A stretch of DNA of 64,000 nucleotides from an uncultured Gemmataceae bacterium (GTDB lineage Bacteria > Planctomycetota > Planctomycetia > Gemmatales > Gemmataceae): assembly GCA_963750165.1 (NCBI GenBank), contig CAVVPN010000003.1, positions 2,368,001 to 2,432,000 of the forward strand. The letters run 5' to 3'. Under the pieces are notes generated by a model that worked only from the letters and a program-made list of their open reading frames with translations, was not told the origin of the DNA and ran no database searches. The position numbers were made by a program, and so were the translations under genes. Positions 59,637 to 64,000 of the stretch are shown piece by piece. The stretch's first letter is position 1. Each line of letters opens with the position of its first letter.

Positions 59637-60605
59637 ATGGCCGATGATCCCATCAAAAACGTCCAGCATCACGTTCAGGACACGCACCCAAGCCACCCGG
59701 CCTGGCAATTTTTCGAGCAGCTGTTTGGCGGCTACGAAATCAAATTGGTGCAGATTCCACTCTGGGAAGGCTACACCTTCACCCTGACCAAGTTCATGAT
59801 ATTGGAGGTGATTGCCGCCGGGCTCATCATTGCCATCTTTGTGCCGATCGCGCGCCGCGCCGCCAGCGGCGGCCCGCCCACGGGTATCTGGTGGAATCTG
59901 TTCGAGAGCCTGTTGACCTTCATCCGCGACGAGGTGGCCCGGCCAACACTCGGCGCCCCCGAGGGCCACCACGATGAGGCCAGGGCCGGCGTCGAGCTGA
60001 CCGTGGACGGCCACGGCCCCGCCGCGGCGCACCACGGGCACCAGCACGGCCCCGCCGCGGACCACGAGAACCCAGCCGACAAGTACGTGCCGTTCCTGTG
60101 GACGATCTTCCTGTTCATCCTGTTCTGCAACCTGCTCGGCATGATCCCGTTCATGGGCTCGCCGACCGCGAGCATCTGGGTGACGGGGGCGCTGGGGTTG
60201 ATTAGTTTCTTTGTGATGCACGGTGTCGCAATTGCCAAGATGGGCTTCATTTCCTATGTGAAGTCCCTGTGGCCGCCCATGGAAATCCCGTGGCCCATCG
60301 CCATCTTCCTGAAGCCGATGATCTTTTTGATCGAGTTCTTCGGAACGATCATCAAGAGCGGGGTGCTGGCGGTGCGGTTGTTCGCCAACATGTTCGCGGG
60401 CCACACGGTGCTGGCGATGATTCTGTTCTTCATCGTCATGTCCGCCAACGTCGGGCCGGTGCTGTGGGGCGGCATCACCGTCGCCAGCGTGCTGGGCGTG
60501 GTCGCGTTGAGTTTGCTGGAGCTGTTCGTCGCGTTCTTGCAGGCGTATGTGTTCACCTTCCTCACGGCGCTGTTCATGGGGATGACATTGAACCCGTCGC
60601 ACTGA
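59637..60605 (+). CDS. atpB: F0 subunit a
   Basis: FILFCNLLGMIP, LAVRLFANMFAGH, LELFVAFLQAYVF. Confidence 0.97.
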   Translation: MADDPIKNVQHHVQDTHPSHPAWQFFEQLFGGYEIKLVQIPLWEGYTFTLTKFMILEVIAAGLIIAIFVPIARRAASGGPPTGIWWNLFESLLTFIRDEVARPTLGAPEGHHDEARAGVELTVDGHGPAAAHHGHQHGPAADHENPADKYVPFLWTIFLFILFCNLLGMIPFMGSPTASIWVTGALGLISFFVMHGVAIAKMGFISYVKSLWPPMEIPWPIAIFLKPMIFLIEFFGTIIKSGVLAVRLFANMFAGHTVLAMILFFIVMSANVGPVLWGGITVASVLGVVALSLLELFVAFLQAYVFTFLTALFMGMTLNPSH

Positions 60606-60607
60606 TC

Positions 60608-60885
60608 CGATTGCGGATTTTGGATTGCGGATTGCGGATTCGTTGTGGCACGGTCTGCGGATTCGTTGTGGCAGGGTCTCCTGACCGTGCCACGGATCCT
60701 GACCGAAGGTCTCCTCCGGGTAGAAGCAGGGAGACCTTCGGTCGCAGAGAGTGGCTTGGTCCGGAGACCAAGCCACAACAGAGGGTCGCAGAGAGTGGCT
60801 TGGTCCGGAGACCAGGCCACAACAGCCACAACAGAGACCTTCGGTCGGACCGAGTGGCCTGGTCCGGAGACCAGGCCACAACAGA
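60608..60885. repeat. REP cluster within the atp operon
   Basis: GATTGCG heptamers and three GTGGCYTGGTCCGGAGACCARGCCACAACA palindromes. Confidence 0.85.
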
Positions 60886-60937
60886 CCCCACGAATAGAAA
60901 CAGAACCTTTTTCTCAAGGGTCAGGAGCAGAATTGAC

Positions 60938-61297
60938 ATGAAACTGATGCGTGTGCTGGTACTGGTGTTCGTGGTGTTCGCGGTGGCGGCGCTGCCGGTG
61001 CTGGCCCAGCCGAAAGAGAAGCCGGCCGAGACGACCGCGGCCGCCCCGACGGTGCCGTCGTCGGTCTCGTTCGCGGGCGCCGGCCTGGGCGTCGGCATCG
61101 GCGCGGCCCTCACCATCGTCGGCGCCGGTTACGGCTTCGGCAAGATCGGTTCCGCGGCCCTGGAGAGCATGGCCCGCCAACCCGAAGTCCGCGGCAACAT
61201 CCAGACGGCCATGCTGATTATCGCGGCCCTGCTCGAAGGCGCCACGTTCTTCAGCCTGATCGTGTGCATCTTGCTCATGGGTCAGGCCAAGTTTTAA
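60938..61297 (+). CDS. atpE: F0 subunit c with signal-peptide-like N-terminal extension
   Basis: GAGYGFG, ESMARQPE, AALLEGATFF. Confidence 0.95.
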   Translation: MKLMRVLVLVFVVFAVAALPVLAQPKEKPAETTAAAPTVPSSVSFAGAGLGVGIGAALTIVGAGYGFGKIGSAALESMARQPEVRGNIQTAMLIIAALLEGATFFSLIVCILLMGQAKF

Positions 61298-61351
61298 CCG
61301 TGGTGGCGGGTGCCTTCGCTTCTGGAGGTGGTCGGTCTTCGAGAGGTGACC

Positions 61352-62011
61352 ATGCTGCGTGTGCGGTATTACTGGAACGTGGCCCTGGCGTGCGCCCTGG
61401 TCCTGGCGACCACGGGCAGCGCCTGGGCGGCCGACGACGCCCACAAGCAGGGCGCCGACCCCGGCGGCGAGGCCGGCAAGCTGGACATCTTCGCCGGCGC
61501 CGTCGATCTGGCCATCTGGACCATCGTCGTCTTTCTGATCCTGTTGTTCATCCTGAGCAAGTTCGCCTGGAAGCCGATGCTCGAAGGGCTCAAGAAGCGC
61601 GAGGAGAGCATTCGCGGGGCGGTCGAGGAGGCCAAGGTCGCCCGCGCCGAGACGGCCCGGATGCAGGCGGAGTTCCAGCGCAAACTGGACGACGCCCATC
61701 AGCAAATCCCGAAGCTCATGGAGCAGGCCCGCCGCGACGCCCAGCAGCTGGCCGAGGAGATGCGCGCCAGGGCTAACGCCGACATCGCCGCCGAGCGGCA
61801 GCGGTTGCGCCGCGAGATCGACACCGCCACCGACCAGGCCCTGCAAACCCTCTGGACGAAGGCCGCCGACATCGCCGCCGACATCGCCGGCAAGGCCATC
61901 CGCCGGTCGCTGACCGAGGACGATCAGCGGCGGCTGGTCGAGGAGTCCATGAATGAACTGCGGGTCGCCGGGGAGGCGCGGTTGAAGGAAACCAACGGGG
62001 CCCGCGCATGA
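61352..62011 (+). CDS. atpF: F0 subunit b
   Basis: WTIVVF..L.KFAWKPM..L.KREESI plus coiled coil. Confidence 0.95.
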   Translation: MLRVRYYWNVALACALVLATTGSAWAADDAHKQGADPGGEAGKLDIFAGAVDLAIWTIVVFLILLFILSKFAWKPMLEGLKKREESIRGAVEEAKVARAETARMQAEFQRKLDDAHQQIPKLMEQARRDAQQLAEEMRARANADIAAERQRLRREIDTATDQALQTLWTKAADIAADIAGKAIRRSLTEDDQRRLVEESMNELRVAGEARLKETNGARA

Positions 62012-62640
62012 GTGAGCACAACGAGGGCGCCCGCTACCACGCCCCCAGCGATGTCGGCGCGCAGCGGCTGGCCCGGGTCTACGCCGAGGCCCTGCTGCGC
62101 GGCGCCGTGAGCGAGAACCAGGTGGACGGGGTGCTGGAGTCACTGGAGTCGCTGGTCCAGGATGTCTTCCAGGCGCAGCCGCTGCTGGAAGAGATGTTCG
62201 CTGCCCCCGTGGTGCCGCCGCACGTCAAGGAAGAGGCCATCAACCGCCTCTGCGAGGGCCGGGCCAGCGATCTGTTCCGCAAATTCCTCCTCGTCGTCAA
62301 CCACCACGGCCGTCTGGAACTGCTGCGGCTCATCGCCCAGGAACTGCACAAGCTGGTCGATGAGCGTGCCCACCGTGTCCACGTCCTGGTGCGGGCGGCC
62401 GCGCCGCTGGCGGACGACCAGCGCCAGCGCCTGGCAGAGTTCATCGGCGGCGCCCTGCACCTGGAGCCGGTGCTCGACGTGCAGATCGAGCCGGAACTGC
62501 TGGGCGGTTTGGTGGTGCGCGTCGCCGACTGGCAGTTCGACGGTTCGGTGCGCACCCGGCTGTTGAACATCCGGAACCAAATCATTGAGAGAAGTAGCCA
62601 TGAGATTCAAACCGGACGAGATCGTTTCCGTACTGACTAA
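62008..62640 (+). CDS. atpH: F1 subunit delta
   Basis: [26 protein letters not shown]. Confidence 0.93.
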   Translation: MSEHNEGARYHAPSDVGAQRLARVYAEALLRGAVSENQVDGVLESLESLVQDVFQAQPLLEEMFAAPVVPPHVKEEAINRLCEGRASDLFRKFLLVVNHHGRLELLRLIAQELHKLVDERAHRVHVLVRAAAPLADDQRQRLAEFIGGALHLEPVLDVQIEPELLGGLVVRVADWQFDGSVRTRLLNIRNQIIERSSHEIQTGRDRFRTD

Positions 62641-64000
62641 AGAGATCGAGGACTACCGCAAGACCAGCGACGCCCGCGAGGTCGGCAAGGTGCTGGAGGT
62701 CGGCGACGGCATCGCCCGCATTTACGGCCTGGGCGGCGTCATGGCCGGCGAGATGGTCGATTTCGCGCACGGGGGTGCGCGGCGTCGCCTTCAACCTGGA
62801 AGAGAACTCGGTCGGCGTCATCATCCTGGGCGAATTCCTGGAGATCGCCGAGGGCGATGAGGTGCGCGTCACCGGCGAGCTGCTGCGCGTGCCGGTCGGC
62901 GACGCGCTGATTGGCCGCGTGGTTGATCCCCTGGGCAACCCACTGGACGGCAAGGGGCCGATCATCACGTCGCTGTCGCGGCCGGTGGAGTCGATGGCCC
63001 CCGGCGTCGCCGGCCGCCAGCCGGTCAACCAGCCGCTGCAAACCGGCATCAAGGCCATCGACGCCATGACGCCCATCGGCCGCGGTCAGCGCGAACTCAT
63101 CATTGGCGACCGCAAGACCGGCAAGACGGCCATCGCCGTCGATGCGATCATCAACCAGCGTGACCAGAAGGTGATCTGCGTCTACGTCGCCATTGGCCAG
63201 AAGGAATCGACGGTGCGTGCCGTCGTCGAGGCGCTGCAGGCGCACGGGGCGATGGACTACACGATTGTGGTGATCGCCACCGCCGCGGACCCGGCGCCCC
63301 TGCAGTACATCGCGCCCTACGCCGGCTGCGCGATGGCCGAGTATTACGTGTACGAGCAGGGCCGCGACACGCTCTGCGTCTACGACGACCTGACGAAGCA
63401 GGCGGCGGCGTACCGGCAACTGTCGCTGCTGATGCGGCGGCCGCCCGGCCGTGAGGCGTACCCCGGCGACGTGTTCTACGCCCACTCGCGCCTGCTCGAA
63501 GCGCTCGGCCAAGACGGCGGAGGAGTACGTCATCGTGCCGCAGGAGGCCGACCCGGCGAAGGTCAAGGCGGACTGGGGCGTCAACAATTTGCAGGGCGAG
63601 AAGCGCCAGCCAGGTGAGCCGGGCAAGGTCTACTACGGCCCGCTCGACAAGGAGATCGCCGAGAAGCACGACGTGCAAAAGTTCCCGGGCTGCAAGGTGG
63701 TGAAGGTGCCGAACACCGGCGGTTCGCTGACGGCGCTGCCGATCATCGAGACGCTGGAAGGCGAGGTGTCGGCGTACATCCCGACGAACGTGATTTCCAT
63801 CACGGACGGCCAGATTTATTTGCAGCCGGACCTGTTCTACGCCGGCGTGCGGCCGGCGGTGGACGTGGGCATCAGCGTGTCGCGCGTGGGCGGCAAGGCG
63901 CAGATCGCAGCAATGAAGCAGATCGCCGGCAGTCTGCGGCTGGACCTGGCGTCGTTCCGCGAACTGGAGGCGTTCGCGCAGCTGGGCACCGACCTCGACA
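62600..64000 (+). CDS. atpA: F1 subunit alpha (partial; frameshifts ~62773 and ~63500)
   Basis: [68 protein letters not shown]. Confidence 0.96.

Noticed and set aside
60750..60885. Three ~30-bp palindromic repeats resembling a CRISPR array
   Set aside because: Spacers are short, unequal and share sequence, and there are no cas genes; this is a REP cluster.
62600..64000. atpA pseudogene or programmed frameshift
   Set aside because: Conserved sequence continues after each single-base shift; sequencing error is more parsimonious.

Overview
GC-rich genomic window, most likely a Gemmataceae-like planctomycete (DUF1559 prepilin protein, DUF1080, PEP-CTERM protein, type III PKS trio, abundant REP/MITE palindromes). 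The core backbone holds a domain-I-less dnaA with a candidate origin, an ABC operon, sucCD, phoD, an M20 peptidase, tRNA-Glu, a sulfotransfer/phosphodiesterase operon, a fused GltD-PyrK (Nfn-like) oxidoreductase, apbE, hicBA and the start of the F0F1 atp operon. Single-base frameshifts occur even in atpA, so indel sequencing errors are likely. Highlights: (1) A 2.6-kb SWIM-DDE transposon (22193-24810; 18-bp TIRs, 9-bp target duplication) carries a tRNA with a Leu-type class II body but a Gly (CCC) anticodon, a second tRNA-like gene and an RHH-like gene. (2) An integron cassette array with no intI in the window (38.4-50.5 kb) keeps a promoter and an attI-like site. One attC is split by an IS110 whose leader holds guide-like matches to both target and donor. 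Another attC is split by a 6-kb integrative element (tyrosine recombinase plus HUH Rep-like gene, 13-bp core duplication, arm-type repeats) whose integrase is itself broken by an IS3.
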